Notes under the pieces: model-generated
Told to the model about the DNA's origin: nothing
Seen by the model: only the letters and a program-made list of their open reading frames with translations
Databases searched by the model: none
NCBI RefSeq assembly: GCF_964355755.1
Contig: NC_092680.1
Span: 9,610,001 to 9,674,000, forward strand
Source of the DNA: Antedon mediterranea
Taxonomy: Eukaryota; Animalia; Echinodermata
DNA length: 64,000 nucleotides
Direction of reading: 5' to 3'
Position numbers and translations under genes: made by a program
Shown here: positions 33,327-48,300 of the stretch, in pieces
Layout of the letters: each line of letters opens with the position of its first letter
Position numbering within the stretch: the first letter of the stretch is position 1

Positions 33327-36300
33327 ATTTATTTATTTATTTATTTATTTACAAACTTATTATACATGGATGACATTTTCATTAAAAATAATGTTCTTAC
33401 AAATGGTCCATGATTAAAGAAATGGATGCATAATAGTGAATATTCATAAGTTCCAAAAATGTTTTTTTGTTGTTTTAGATTATAGAAAGACAAACAAGTA
33501 CAATTACATTTAAAATACAGATACAGAATTAATAATAATAAACAGTTAAGTAATTACATCGCAATTAAACAGGTTCTCAAGTTGAACTTTCTATTTAAAT
33601 ACATCATTTGTGTTGTGTTTTGCACCGTACTTATATTTAAACGCATTGTAAGAGGTCGCTTCTTGCAATGATATTGGAAGGTTATTCAATACTTTCCCAC
33701 CAGCCACTTGAAGTAACATATTCATTTTGCTAACATTTATCTTGGGTATAACTACATTTATAAGGGTTATGCCAATCGAGTATTATAACCATGTCTATCA
33801 ATGATTAATTCAACTTGATCTACCAGACGTTGAGGGGCTAGGCCATGAATGCATTTGTACATCATACAATATATTGAAAATTCACGCCTCTGTTCAAAGG
33901 ACTTCCAACCCAGGTCATTGATAATGTCATCCCCTCTGAAGTTTATAAAATCATAGTTTCCTGACGTGATTCTAGCAGCACGTCTTTGTTGTTTCTTTGC
34001 AATAGGCCTATCAATAAAACAATATGAGGTATTTCCCCATACTGTAATTCCATAATCAATACCAGGTTCAATAGTAGTTTTGTACGGCGTTTCAATTAGT
34101 GGTTTAGATAAAAATTTACTCATTTTCCCCAACATTGTTATCTTGTAACCAACAGATTTGTTTATATTAAGTACATGTTTGTTCCAGCTTAGGTTATCAT
34201 CGATTTGTAATCCAAGATATCACACATTGTTAACTTGTTCTAATTTGATACCATTAACATTTATATTTAGAGTTGTTATATTAGTTAACTTGTTTCCTGT
34301 ATTTTTAATAATCATTACTTTTGTTTTATCAGCATTAATAGTAAGATGGTTTTGTTTATACCATTCGCTAATAGAGTTTACTATTTTTTTAGATCAATAT
34401 TTATATCATTATCATGCCCGTAACATATGTACAAGTATCATAAGCAAATACATTACATGTTCCAGTTTCCACAGACTTTGAAATGTAATTTATAAAAAGA
34501 AGAAATAGTAACGGTCCCTTGTGGAATTCCAATTTTGATTAGCTCAAAATCAGATTTATTACCATTACAAACACAAATTGTTTTCTCCCTTTTAAGTAGT
34601 TTTCAAACCATTTAACTGATACTGTGTCAAAACCGTATTTGTTTAGTTTATATAATAATATATCATGGTTTATTGTGTCAAAACATTTTGAAATATCGAG
34701 AAAACATGCACCTATCATTTCTGAATCATTTAAATATTCTAACCATTCATCAACAACCCTATGTAGGGATGTTGTTGTTGAGTGGCCTTTTAAGAAGGCA
34801 AATTGATCAATGCTAATTAAGTTATGATTTACAAGATTTTCAATAACCTGTAACTGTACCTCCTTTTCCATTAATTTTGCTATCTGGCCAATCACTGAGA
34901 TTGGTCTATAGTTACACATATCGTTTTTAGCACCTTTATTTTTAGTCGCGACTCTATAGTTCACTATGTCGGTCGGTCTGGCTGTCGGTCGGTCTGTCTG
35001 TCTGTCGGTCCGGTATCACTATGCGTTTTATCGCTTTCTGACCTTATCTTGATATCAGTTTAATCTAGCTAAGTCAATTTTTCACAGTATATTCCTTATG
35101 GCCAGGAATCGATGTGGTTATGTTTTCACGGTGCGCAATAAAAAATTACGCAGTCTACGCACGATTTAACGAAATCATGTTTGTAATCATATCTTCACAA
35201 CCATGAATCACAATTAAATAAAATTTGGTACTCATAAATTTCAGGGCATAAATCATCATATGGCAATACAATTACGTGCGTAGCGCATGTAACGCATGCG
35301 TACGCGCTTAAAATTTTCAAAATTTATTTTCGATGAAATAAGAGTACGTTTCAGGAAATTTTAAGAGTTTACAAAATTGCCATGAGTGCGCAGATTTTTG
35401 CGCGCGCACTGTGCGTTAAATGTTATTGCGCACTCTTTTTGCCCGATTTCTGTTTTCTTGACTTACTTTTGAACTCGAAATTACGTTATACGAGCACGTC
35501 AAAAGTGACAGGCTACGCACGTGTAAATTACAAAAATATAAATGTTTTTAAACATTTCACCATTTTTAAACATGTTCAGTAATGTCGGTCAGTTGGTAGG
35601 TATGGTTGGTCGGTCGGTAAATACTAATGAGCACGCGACTGCAGCCATCTATATGGCCTTGTTATAAATAGGAGTAACTGTTGCTATTTCCAGTCATCTG
35701 GTATAATACCATTTAATAAACTCGAGTTAAATATTTGACATAAGGAATATGAGATCGGAGTAATTATCGGAGTAATTTTCTATTAAAGTCTATCACATCT
35801 ATGTTTTTTAAGGCAATTTTGAGAGTTTATTTTGTACCGTTTCAACATTAACCTCATGGAACTTAAATTTATAAAGACAATCAGGATTTTTCCATTTGGG
35901 AAAACTATTTTTATCAAAAGAATCGGCCATGTTTGTTCCAATATTAGTAAAATATTTATTGCACTTTTCAATATTAATTGTAGTATTCAAATTCTTTTTA
36001 CCCTTTCCAGTTACTCGATTTATCTCATTCCATAATTTTTTTGGATTATTTTTATAGTTAAGATGAACTGTATCGTAATATTCGCGCTTTGCCTTGTTAA
36101 TAGTATTTGTAACGAGATTTCGTAGTCGCTTATATTCATTTTTAGGTCAGGATTTACCAGTTTAATTTGATATAATCTCGTTCGTACATTAATTTCAGAA
36201 TATCAGGGGTTATCCAGGGTGAACATCTGCGTTTAACTCTGCATGTTTTTATTGGGGTATGGGTATTACAGATTTTTATAAATTCATTACGCCAACTAAT

Positions 36301-36430
36301 CCATGCAGTATTTGCATTACTACAGTCATCAATACTATTTATATTGTTATTAATTATATCATTTAAAAAACTGTGTTCACTAAAACCTTTATAATTCCTA
36401 AATGTAACGTTTTTGTGGTCGTGCTTTTTT
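33327..36430 (-). mobile_element. Degraded CR1/L2-group LINE ORF2
   Basis: (AAAT)n tail at ~33327-33350; fragments SPWITPDI, NYRPISVI, FLDISKCFDTINH, DYGITVWG, LGWKS; many frameshifts; split by a HINE at 34940-35663. Confidence 0.88.
34940..35663 (+). mobile_element. Helentron-associated non-autonomous element (HINE/DINE-like)
   Basis: T-rich start, sub-TIRs AGTCGCG/CGCGACT, (GTCG/GTCT)n microsatellite, 3' hairpin GCCATCTATATGGC then TTGTT; splits the LINE motif VTPIY|KNKGAK; near-identical inverted copy at 63147-63917. Confidence 0.8.
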
Positions 36431-37235
36431 TTGGAGCAATAATTTATTGAAGTAAAAATTATTTGAATGTAATTTAAATAAAAACTAGTGATCAGGAATA
36501 AAATAAATAAATTAAAAACTAAAAAGCATTTAATCAATTATTCTTAGAATTAATAATGTTTAAAATATTGAACTTTTATCTCCAACGATTTTAAAATGAA
36601 TATATTATGTCCAGCTTTGGAACGTGCAGAGGTTTGGAATGTCTGTGTTGTAGGTATGAAACGTTGTCTTTAACTTGTACAGCGCCGCCAATGAGTGCCT
36701 GATTAGTACAATAGTGGTGTTTTGCATCTCAAAAGGCTTTTGTGATTACGTAGAATAATGGGTCAATACAATCCTATTGAAACGACAGTGTTATTACCTG
36801 TTATTGAATACTCTTATTCATATAAAACCCAATCAGGTATAGAAAACGGCATCCTGCGGGCGTGGTGTAATATTGTGTGTCTGAGTAATAAAAATAATAA
36901 TCGGAATACCTTGTATACGAAGTGATCGGAAATATTGAACGATAATACAGTTTAGATTATAGATATTCGCCAGTAGTTGTGTCTGTGAATTATTCACAAT
37001 GATGTTGATTCAACAGATGAAACACGACTAAACACAAGCTTTTACTGACAGTTTCAACGGGATACTACGGGACAGTGACATCATTTATAATACGGTAAAT
37101 TAAGAATTCAGTGTTTTAATATACCACACATTTTATAATGTGCCATTCCGTAACAAAACAGAATTAAAATTGGTTATCTTGTTCTTTCTCGATCGTATAC
37201 AGATTGTGTGAATCAAATAGGCCTACAATATCCAA

Positions 37236-40208
37236 ATGTCGGCGGATGTGTCACATGATGAGGTTGGCAATAATAGACTGTACCACAAAAAGAGGGGACG
37301 CCAATCTCGACCCCAAAGTACGCAAGATGCCCTATCCGCTGGATCTACAAACGGAAGTGTGGTAAATATAATAATTTCTTATTCATATAATTATAACAAT
37401 TGTATGCGTGATAAATATGATAGATGACAGACGAAATATTGGTTAGCGTACAACGGCCGAATATTCACATGTAAATTACCACAGGTGTGAATACATAGGC
37501 CTAAATTGGAGAGGGGCCATATATGAAACAGCCCAAAAATGAGTGAGCTGGGGTATATTTCATTCTTTACCATATGAATGTCTCACCATTATACAGCATA
37601 TTAATAAATTGATTGTCTTTTAAATAACCATTATGCCAATGTGTCCACTAAACTTTTTGTTATTTTAAAGCTCCATTACATGAAATTGTTTTTATTTCAT
37701 ATCCTATTTCGTTTGCGTTGTTGTTGAATAGGTCTACATCGAACAATATTAACAAAGGTGAATTCAGTATTTCACCATGAATCACACTGAATTGTGACGT
37801 CAAAAATTCTTACTTAGAAAAAATGGTATTTCTGTTAGGATTTAGACCTAAGTGTGTGGCGAATACGACCACAATGTGTGAAGACAAGCAGAACCAGTGG
37901 GCCAACCCCTACATTTACCTTTCAAAAAAGAGGGTGTCTGTTTAGGTAAAACAGGATAATTAAAGCCCGGGAAATTTATAAACACTCATTATCCTGTATG
38001 AAAACCAGTTAAGCCCTGTCTACACAATCAAACTTTATGTGACAAAATACGTAATGTGCGCACATATGGACATAATGATGTCATATCACTACAATATTTG
38101 GGCACATCCCACTTTTTTTGTCAAACTAGTTTTATAGTGTAGACAGAACTTTAGATTATATGTCTATTGAGTTCAGTTTCGGTAAATCACTTACACAATT
38201 TTTATCAGTAGAATCACTTGAGTATTATAATTCATCAGAAAAATGCATAACACCAATATTTGATAGTATACTACAGTAAGAATATTGTTTATAAATAATA
38301 TTAAATACAATTCTTATAATATTACCGTCATGCCGCAATAATGTTTCGGCACGCTTAAAACATGAGTGGCACTGTATGTACATCGTGTGCTCAGTTTTGA
38401 ACTTTAATTGATTATTGTCTCATTAGACTATTTCACCATTGCTTTCATCTTTTTTGACAGAGGCTTAAACTAAATAAGTTGAACGATTACGAAGCTGATG
38501 ACGCTAAAATGGTAACAGTATTTGGTGTTGCAGACGAAGAAACACCAAGCTCTATGAAACTTAACCCCCTCTACGACAAAAATGGTACTATAGAGGTGAC
38601 GCCAGAGGAAGCTGATAAAGTACGGCGAGCGACAATGTCTGCAAAAAATTACCATCCAAAAAATAGGCCCAGAAGTAGTGATTATTCTTCATCAACGCGG
38701 TATGATAGAAAACACCATTCATATATTTATTTTAATAAATTAATTAGTAAAAAATATGAGCAAATGCGATTGATGTATTTATTTGTAGTACAAAGTTATG
38801 TACGTTTGAACGTAGTGGTGGTTAAGCTATAGATAAGATGATAATAAAGAACATGACGAGAAGATAAATATAGAAGAACGAAGATAATAATAATATCATG
38901 TATGATGACAAATTAATAATCATCATCAATTTAAATCTTATTATTATTATTGTAGGCCGTTGTCTTCAGAAACAAATCCAGTCACAGAAACGGAAGAAGT
39001 CGTGCTTCAGCCCAAGATAGCATATAGTAAAAACTTCCGATTTAAACACAGCCAGAAGACGAAACAAAATAATAGTAATAATGTATCAACAGAGAGAAAT
39101 GGCTCCGTGGTAAGTTTCATTAAAATAAAAAAAGTAAATGTCATATATTTTTTTTAGTACACTTAAGTCTAATTAAGGGGCATTTCATCAAAAACTAAAA
39201 TTGATCAAGTTTACGACTTCGCCATAACTTTGATATTTATTTTATATTTATTATATCAAAGCACATAAAATTGGTCATTTAAATCAATATTCAAGTTTAT
39301 CAGAATGAGAAACTTGACCTGCAGCTCAGACAAATAATAATTTATAAACGGTTACATGACATATTAGAACGTGAAACTTCTGATTTGATATGCATCATAT
39401 TGAATTAACCACTAGTTAACTGTAGTAATACTTACGGTATCTTTTTTTACTTCTGTATCAGAAAAGCTTTGGAAGAGTTATGCCCTCAAGAATTCATAAG
39501 GTATGTAGGTCCTCAGTTTGGTATAACTTGTTTTCATTCTAAATAAAATGTATTGTTTACTGTCAACCACTATATTTCTCGCCTCGCCTAAAAGAATAAA
39601 TAAATAGATCTTGAATTTTTATTTTATATTAAAAAAATTTCTTCCATCCATCCCTTCATCCAAAACAATACTTGACAGCAATAATTCAACTTGACAAACA
39701 TAAGGCTTGTAATATTCGATTAATATAATTTATTTTCGGTAAAAAAAACTAGGCATACATTTTTAGGCCGTCTTGTCTCTTCCGCCAATACTGAGCTAGA
39801 AATAAAGAGATAACAAACGTAGGCCTATGGGGTGGAACTTTGAAAATGCCATGAATAATATGAGATACAGTAGAAATTATGATATAGAGTGTAATAAATA
39901 CGTGTAGTAAGAAAGTGTTTGCTCTCAGTTTATTTTGGTAAAAATAAAAAATGACAATGTTCCTTTGTTTGCAGAACACACATAATGCATTGGCTGGGTT
40001 TGATTCAACGAACGGGCAGTCTACGACCAAGAGCAGTACCAAAAGTGGGAAGAAGGCCGTTGAGATAGAAACTCAAGTTGTGCAAAATAATATACGACGT
40101 AACTGCCGTAAGGTAGTCATAGCAATTCTTATTTTATTATTAACTGCTTTAATTGTAGCCATTGTCCTAACTTTTACTATTTTTAGAGAAGATGACGAGA
40201 ATAACTGA
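37236..40208 (+). CDS. Uncharacterised 263-aa protein with single C-terminal TM helix; exons 37236-37361, 38461-38699, 38956-39109, 39462-39500, 39975-40208
   Basis: All four introns are GT-AG with compatible phases (0,2,0,0); hydrophilic body, then RRNCRK-VVIAILILLLTALIVAIVLTFTIF-REDDENN*. Confidence 0.75.
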
Positions 40209-41569
40209 AGACTTTTTTTTTGTAAGGGAGAGGGTTGATGAGATGGGACGGAATTTTAAGTGACTCGTTAGTGTGTTTATTAAAATCGTTTTATAATTTA
40301 AGATAATTTTTTAATTTAAACATTTATAATAAAAGTAAGGTGAAATTCCAATAAAAATAAATAAAATAGCCTACATTGATTTTGTCCACAACCATAGTAA
40401 ACATAATTTCAAAAAAGAAAGGGAAAAAAGCACTTTCAGAAGGTGTATGGATTCGGAATAACATCACCACATATTTCCATTGCTACGTTTCTCGACAACT
40501 TTCCCATTCAACCATATGTGTTGTCGAATGCATGGACAATCAATATTAAGTATAATAACATAATAAAAACATGTCTTATGGTAAAATAATAATAGTGAAA
40601 AAAGGGGAATATTCATAGGCCTATCCTTGATGACGAATTATTTGATTAATATCGTTTAAATTGAAGTAGGAGTTTGCAAATGCACTACTTTCTATGCAAG
40701 AAATGCAATGCAGCCTTTGTTGTGAATACTGGCAAATTACAACACCAATATAATATCTAACGATTGGTTCCCACTTGGACACTACAAGACACAACACAGT
40801 CCTGTCGATCCATCCGTAATTGGACAAATTACTAGCGATTAACAAGTCCTTGCGTTGCGTTTAAGTGGGAACCAAGCTTTAGTAGGATAAGTTTGAATAT
40901 ACCGTACGTAGCCTTACAACAACAACAACTTCATGGTCGATTAGGCCTACATAATGCACAATGGATAGTCTGCATAGAATTATTTAGTTACTGTACGTAC
41001 TTGCTTTTAGATGATGGACAATCATCAAATGGTTGATATTATTTTAAAATTATACTAAAATAGTGCTATACAATAATCCGAGCTACAAAACATGCTTTGT
41101 TGTGTACTTAGAAAGTATATTATGCAAATATATATTCAAGTTATGTCTATTATATATTATTAATGTATTTGACAATTTTAATTTATTTTAATGGATACTT
41201 GTTATATTTTAACAAAAATGGTAAACAAGTTAGGGTGTTTGATCGTAGATGTGTATAAAGTGTGATATAGACGAATTTATTAATGAGCATTTGTATATTA
41301 TATAATTTGTTTAGGAGACATTTTTATGGGCTGTAAATAATGTTTTTTTAAATAATATAACTATGGAGATGATCTAAAAAAGTGTTTAAAGTATTATAAA
41401 AATACAGTTAAATTAGTACAGGGACATTTTCAAAAAATGTTATACTAATTACTATTTCATTTGAATTTCAAAATTTTGATCAACTTGTTTATTTTGTATG
41501 ATATGAATGAATCATGTCAAAAAAATAAAAAGGGTGGAAATTTAATTTAGTACTATAATATTAATAGTA

Positions 41570-41746
41570 CAGTGATTAAAAAAAAAAGGCAACATTTCGA
41601 CCTTTCTATTTTCATGGTTAATGTTATTATAAAATTGACATGCGCAGAACACAATAATTGATTCTGCGCATGTCAATTATGATAAGTAACTAATTATGTT
41701 GAAAAATAGAAAGGTCGAAATGTTGCCATTTAAAAAAAAATGCCTG
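41570..41746. mobile_element. Small hairpin MITE (Tc1/mariner-like ends)
   Basis: TA|CAG...CTG|TA ends; GGCAACATTTCGACCTTTCTATTTT and TTGACATGCGCAGAA each present with reverse complement. Confidence 0.75.
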
Positions 41747-42329
41747 TACTGCTTACGATCTTCAATACAGAGTATCCTATTGTTAGTGAATATTTTATTG
41801 ACTGCAACAAACAGTATAAGTATATCTTTATATAAAATAATACAGTAGTTTGAATTGCAAAGAGAAAAACGTCTTACATGGATAGTATTCCTTTCTATGT
41901 AAGTTCATATTTTCATGTGTAATGCACATAATAAAGTTTAAAACTGTATGCACCTAAAATACATCTTTTGAGCAGTCCAAACAAGCAATCTTGCAAAATA
42001 TCGAAGCAGATTTTAATCATTCAACAACAATGTTATGTCATGACCAGGTGGCATTGCCGTATCCACCAGTACGGTTGGGTTAGGGTTTCAACCTGACCAC
42101 TTTTTGACAGACCTGTGGCCCACACAGGAGATTGTTTTTTCTTACGACAACCGCACTGCACTACAATTCTTGTGGCCGTAACGTTGAATTAACTGTGGCT
42201 AAATATGCCTCTCAGTGTATGTTGTTGGTTGCACATTAATAGCAAAACATGATAGAACTATTCCTGTTAAAATACATCGCATAGTAATTCATTTTTGTGT
42301 TATTGCGAATCTTTTACTTTTGTTTAATG

Positions 42330-45300
42330 TTATACAGCATCACAAAACAAAACATAGTCAATTGTGATATCCAAATCTGTGGTAGGGACATCATTACACA
42401 TCTGTTCATTGAAGGCTAGTGCAATAGTGATTGGTTTTTTTCCTGTGAGTTGCTGACATTTGGTCTGATACTTGTCGTAGTATCCCTTGCCACGGCCTAA
42501 GCGATCACCGAACTTTGAGAAGCCAAGACCTGGTATAATTATCAGATCCAAACCACCTAAAACATTTGAATTTTAATCAAAAATAAATACCTTTATTTTA
42601 ATTAATCAATAAATAATTTAATACTATATATTAGCATTTAAAGTGTTAATTAATTAAAGCATATTTACTTGTATGTTATTTTCCTATGCATTGCAGACAA
42701 TGGCTGTACGATGAGCACACATGTGAAATCTTACAATTCTAATATTTTGCAAAACTATGTTTACCGGTAACGTTGTCCTTTAAGTATGCACAATTATCAC
42801 CTAAACTTAAGGGCCTCTTTTGGCTACTTGTTAACATACCTGTTAATAAAGCATCTTCCCTATCTTTATCATCATCTGCTGGTTGTTTAATGTTCCACTT
42901 TGTCTTTGGTAGAGATTCATAGTCCTTCATTGAATTTACTCGTAACATATTCATCACAGATCCTTTAGATGCAAGATATTTAAGACACATTATATTACAG
43001 ATCAATCAAAATGTATTATTTGGTACACAATGAAATAAACATGGGCAATTATATGTTTTAACACTATGGTCAACACCTAATCGGGACATTTTGTAGGACC
43101 CAAAAGTTTTCTCTTAATAGGGGTTGTACTGTACATTTTAGGGAAATTCTACAGGGTATGTACAAGTTATGAACATTGCATAATAAATGTTGGGATATAC
43201 ACATTGTTAAGACACATTAGTGTGCTATATCTTCACTATTATCTGCATTATTGTCAAGTATTAATTATCATTTTATATATATATATTTAAATCAATAAAC
43301 AGTCAGTAAGTCAGTAGTAAGTAGATCAACATATAAAAAACAAACAAAATGAGTACAGTTTTCAGTCTAGAACTATAATAGGCTAAGCATTTATGCGGAC
43401 TTTGATAATAAAATTTTCACACATCCAATCAAATGATGTCATTAATAAGAGCAATAATATCTTCCACGATACAATGATTTTATTGTTCTTTTTGATGGGA
43501 TTTTAAAAAGTTTTATGCAAGAAAAGTATATGTTTATAAATCTATTTATCGTCGACCTTTTTCTTTCATCCTATAGTGTGTAGCAGCCTTTAAACAGAGT
43601 CTTCAAGAAACAAAATAAAATGTTTATATTTTTTTAATTATATTTTGCGGGTAATCCCCCACAAAAAAATTTCTATATGCCAAATTTTCACATCTCGATT
43701 TGCACTCACCAATATATTGTGGAACATAACATAGTTTATTTTGTCTAAATATGTCTTGGAGGATACCCTCTGTATGCACTTCTTGGTCCGGCATGCTAAG
43801 GTACACAGATATTCGCTGACTCTGGATATAACCTGGATGTTCCAGTAACTGCAAATAGAAAAAAAGGTAAATTTCTTTATAAACAAATTACAATAAACAT
43901 TTGTAGGTTTGAGAATAAAGTGAATAAAGTAAAATCTCTTCCTACACTTTTTATATGGATCCTACTTCCATCATCAAGTCCTAAAAAGTAATGGTCGTAT
44001 ATTGATTATTAATTCCGGTCACTTACTTTTGCTGCTCCATTTCTTTGGAACCGACTAGGCTAGTATTAAATCAGCATTGAACTCTTTAATCAAGTTCAAG
44101 ACCTTTTTTCATCAGTACAGTAGCCTAGCTTATTACGGTAATATTTGCACCTTTATTAATAATATATTAGGATTAGGTTCCGTTTTCGGCCACCTCAACT
44201 TATATGGACTATACCATTATTATGATAGGGTGTATTGTGTTTTATGTAGAGAAGGGTGTCTATTGAATGGAAAACAATACAATTATTCTGTTTATATGTA
44301 ACCTACGGTACAAACTACAAGGAACAATACAGAAATAAAACTAGCAAGCATGTACTTTTTCCTAAAGCATAATATTATTAGGTTACTGTTACAGAATGCC
44401 AAGATTTTGTAACAATATTACTAGATAATATACTTACTATACAAGTATAGGTTACTATAAACTATAGTAAATCGGAATGGATGATAACAGATTCATTTCC
44501 ATTATTTTATGTTTATTTGTTTTACATTAATGTTAAATATAAATTAATAAAACAATTGTAGATACAGAAACAAAATGGTAACAGATTCATTGACATAATT
44601 AAATGTATTTTTTAAAATATGACGACTCGGCTTGGACTTATTAATAACGATTCTTCTCTGTACCTTTTCTGAGATCATGCGATTTACCGATTACTGTGGC
44701 AACAATTTTCTTGAACTAAACATAAATAAAATAAAAGAAATGCAGATTGATTTTCGAAAACATAATTGGTCTGACAGTATAGATTCAATACACATTAAAG
44801 GAAAGGAAGTAGAGATTGTTAACAATTATAAGTATCTGGAAGTAGTGTTTGACTAGTATAAGCTTAAATTGGTGAACATGTTAAGAAGTTAAATACAAGG
44901 ATGTACTGCTTAAGGAAACTCGGTTCGTTTTGGATAAACTCGGTTCGTTTGGAGGAAAGTTGGTCCGTTTGGGGGAAACTCAGTTCGTTTGGGGTAAACT
45001 CAGTTCGTTTGGGGTAAACTCGGTTCATTTGGGGTAAAGCAGGATATTTACTAGGCTATAGTATAGAATGTTTTACTAATCAGTGATGTTCTACGGGGAT
45101 TGTATGTTGGGTTGGGAATATCAGCAAGGGGGATAAAGACCGAATTGAGAAGGTGCTGGGTAGAGCGGGTTTGTCAATGCAAATCGAAATAAAAAATAAA
45201 ATGCTTGACTCGATCTATACAGCGACTAGGCTAGCCGATGTAATGTGTTCCATCATGTTATATTGGAAGACACCCAATCATACCACACAGGCCCCTCTAG

Positions 45301-48300
45301 GCCTAGTCTACTCTTAAATTGTTTTTGTTCACTAGGCTACATCAATTTGTAATTTGTGTCAACGATATAGGCCTATCTAGGCCTATGGCTAGGGGAGGCC
45401 TATAATGCCATCTTTAATGGAAACTGGCGTACTATCTAAACTAGCCGGATCAACTGCCGTTTTGGCTCCGGAGTTTTTTTTAGGGTTATTCCATTATTAA
45501 AGTGGGGGTGTGTTGTTATGAATATTGTGTGCAGGTACGTCAATAGAAATGACATTGAGAGCCCTCTTCTGTCAGTTGACTGGTTCCAAGTCTACCGCCT
45601 TGTAATTGACTTAATCATGATCGAATTCCAACAACTTAAGAATATACAAAATGTTTACATAATTATATAACAATGTACATTGTAGATCTATCTAATAATG
45701 TTTTTATTTTTTTGCAGATAAAGGAGGATCATCAATAAAATAAAATGATAAAAATTCCAGGCATTTAATATACGGTTTACTGATAAAATATAATGTACCA
45801 ATGAAATAAACCTGGTGTTCTGAAACATATTTTAATAACTTTTGCCGGCCTAGCGCCTTTGTGTATCTAAATCTATCTAAATAATTAAGTTAGTACAGTA
45901 TTAACAAATAAAGGGTTAGGGTTATGTATAATAAAATGATAGAAATGAGGCATTATCTAATAATGTTTTTATTGATTTTTTTTCTGATTTTTATAGTTTT
46001 AAAATTCAAGTACCGTTTTTATAGCGTTATGTATCCTGTAAATGCTAACCTAAAAACGTTATCTGAATGTTTCTTTTTACGTTATAGAAATGTAATAAAA
46101 TAACGGTTATAGTGAACCTAAACATTAACCAAACACTATCATTAGAAAACCACTATGTGTTTGCTGGACTGCCACAATGGAACAATAGACCTAGGTATGT
46201 TAAACAAAGAAATCGCGTCAAAGCAGGGTGGAGACGGAATTTTAAGACAAAGGCGTTCTATACAAATGCAAATCATTCATGTATACTTTTTACAAATTTT
46301 GTTTAGTTTCTTTATTAAAAGATTTTGATATGCTGTTATATATAAATATTCTAATACATAGAATAGCAAAATTATCATAATACATAGGATAGCCAAAAAT
46401 AAACCAAACATAACAACAACAAAATTAAATTGACAATGTATTTTTATTTAGAAATTCATTTCAATAATATAAATATTTTTTATTAAATTACATCATTATT
46501 TACTTACAATTAATTAATTACTTAACTTACATTACAGTAACTTAATAAATGGTACATAAAATTACTAAATAATTGCACATAAAATGCAGGTTATAATAAA
46601 GACATAAGTATACATATAATGGTACAGGTTATAAATATTTAAATTACGTTTTTTAAATGCAATTATAATAATTAATGATGAGAACACTTACGGTTACGAG
46701 TAGACATGTACATTGGTACATTACAGTACGAGCAATCCTTGGCAGTTGGATAAAAACCCCTTCGTTGGAAAAAGTCCAGGTAGTCATCAAATCCATTAAA
46801 CAAATGTGGTCCTATCTTCGGCAGCATGGTCCTTGGTTTAAATCGCAGTAAAATCAAATCGAGAACCCAGTAAAATATCGGAGTTGTAGGCCTATAATAT
46901 AGTTGAAAGTTTTTCGAAAAATGAGTGATTTGAAGACAACTGATCTTGGTTTATATACATGTGCCATATTTTAGTTTGTATACATAGCTCCATGTCGGCA
47001 TGAGCGATATTGTTATATGCTTTATTATGTAATATTGTAAGCTTCAATGAGACACTTTTGTGCAGCGATAAAAAAAAAAGTAAAACTATGCTACAGCGGT
47101 TTTTGTTTCTTAACCTGATTACATATATTTTATTAATATTTATCTTCCCAACCATTTTTTTTAAAACTCAAAATTTGAAACACTACCGTTTAGCTTTTTC
47201 ATTCAAATTGAAGATTGAATTTAATGAAATTTTATGTACTGTACTGTTTAACAAATCAACATAACGGTACAATAGGTTGGAATTCAATAGGTTATGATTA
47301 TTTCAAACCAAAATAGCTAGGTTTTTAAGGACTGATTTATCTTTAAAAAACGCCTAGAAATAAAAGAGAGAGAGAGAGAGAGAATAGCAATTACGTGTTG
47401 GAATAATACAGTAGTAACGGTACAATATATAATCATTTTGGTAAAGAAAATCAAATACTAGGTTTTTTAAGGTCTGATTAAACCCAAGTGTGACGTCGTC
47501 TGGAAGCAGGAATTTAATATTCATAATTAGGTGATCATTTAGAATAAAATGATCACCTATTGTTATTGTATCAAATCTTTATTGGTTATCCGCAACGAAG
47601 TTGCTGATAACCTCTTGTGATTGTACGAAATCATCATCAACATCAACTTTTTATTTCTCTTCTTTCTGTATGATTTTTGTGCAACGCTTTTCTCTGAAAC
47701 TTGCAAACATAACATTTTGTGAACTATGTTAACATTTTGACATTTGTGTAACGTCGTCAAGCGAAGCTTATATTAATTCATATAAAAATTAAGCCTATTG
47801 GATGTTGTGACGTTACCGTATGGCCAGTTGAAGTTAAAAAGTATTTTTTTCATCGCTTTCGTAAAAGTTATACAATTTTTAAATAGCGCGCACCGCCCTT
47901 CTACGTGCCAAATTTTCTTCCAATTGTTATATTTTATTACTCAATTCATTATCTTTCGATATTGTTATCTTCAAGTTTATTTTGACAACGTCATCATACC
48001 AAAAAATTAGAACATGATGTGGGTCCCGTAATTTCACCTATGCTACACTGTATATAGATATACACAGTACAGTATATACTGTACATATTGTATATGGCAT
48101 ATAATAGGCACAATTAAGCACTATAAGCGTATAATAGGATGGCATACATCAACATTTTCCGATTGTATGTTAACGTAGGTGCATGTTTAAAAAATATGAA
48201 TGTCAATAAAATGATAAAAATGATCACCTATAGTTCGTCAAAGTGACGAATTAAATTCTAGTTACAAGTTGTACTTGGATATCAAACTGTCTATTTGGTC

